Below, in pieces: positions 46,260 through 46,284 of a stretch of DNA of 46,284 nt. The stretch's first letter is position 1. The number at the start of each line of letters is the position of its first letter. The stretch is taken from assembly GCA_003693705.1 (NCBI GenBank), contig RBZT01000831.1, positions 1-46,284 of the forward strand. Direction: 5' to 3'. The position numbers and the translations under genes were made by a program. The stretch is from Polymyxa betae A26-41. Taxonomy: Eukaryota; Protista; Endomyxa: Phytomyxea. Below the pieces are notes generated by a model. That model was not told where the DNA came from. It saw nothing but the letters and a program-made list of their open reading frames with translations, and made no database searches.

Positions 46260-46284
46260 TGTTGAAGCCTACTGAGGCAAATAA
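46260..46284 (+). repeat. Window-terminal 25-bp sequence TGTTGAAGCCTACTGAGGCAAATAA, probable LTR start
   Basis: Exact inverted copy of 1-25. Confidence 0.85.

Noticed and set aside
1-46284. Giant TIR-bounded element (Polinton, Starship or linear plasmid)
   Set aside because: There is no DNA polymerase B, capsid, tyrosine recombinase or cargo gene, and the left repeat cuts a decayed hAT mid-gene.

Overview
This 46.3 kb eukaryotic window is almost entirely decayed, nested transposable elements, and I found no recognisable host gene, tRNA or rRNA. It holds several PIF/Harbinger (PHIS) elements, three hAT elements, a Tf1/sushi-type chromoviral Gypsy, a gag-protease-only LTR element, several fragments of a second Gypsy lineage with WPMP/LDAFxGYWQ motifs, a Copia element, an IS630-Tc1-mariner element, a pogo/Tigger element, a MITE and solo LTRs. 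Most boundaries were fixed by hand from TIRs, LTRs and target-site duplications. Five signals stand out. (1) A nest in which a hAT landed inside a Harbinger TIR and a Gypsy then landed inside the hAT TIR. (2) A Copia PBS complementary to the 5' half of tRNA-Lys(CUU) rather than to tRNA-iMet. (3) A self-priming PBS and a -1 frameshift pseudoknot in the chromovirus. (4) A recurrent Harbinger accessory protein with a SHOCT-like tail. (5) A perfect 25-bp inverted repeat at the two extreme ends of the window. Family names come from motif recognition only, because no searches were run.
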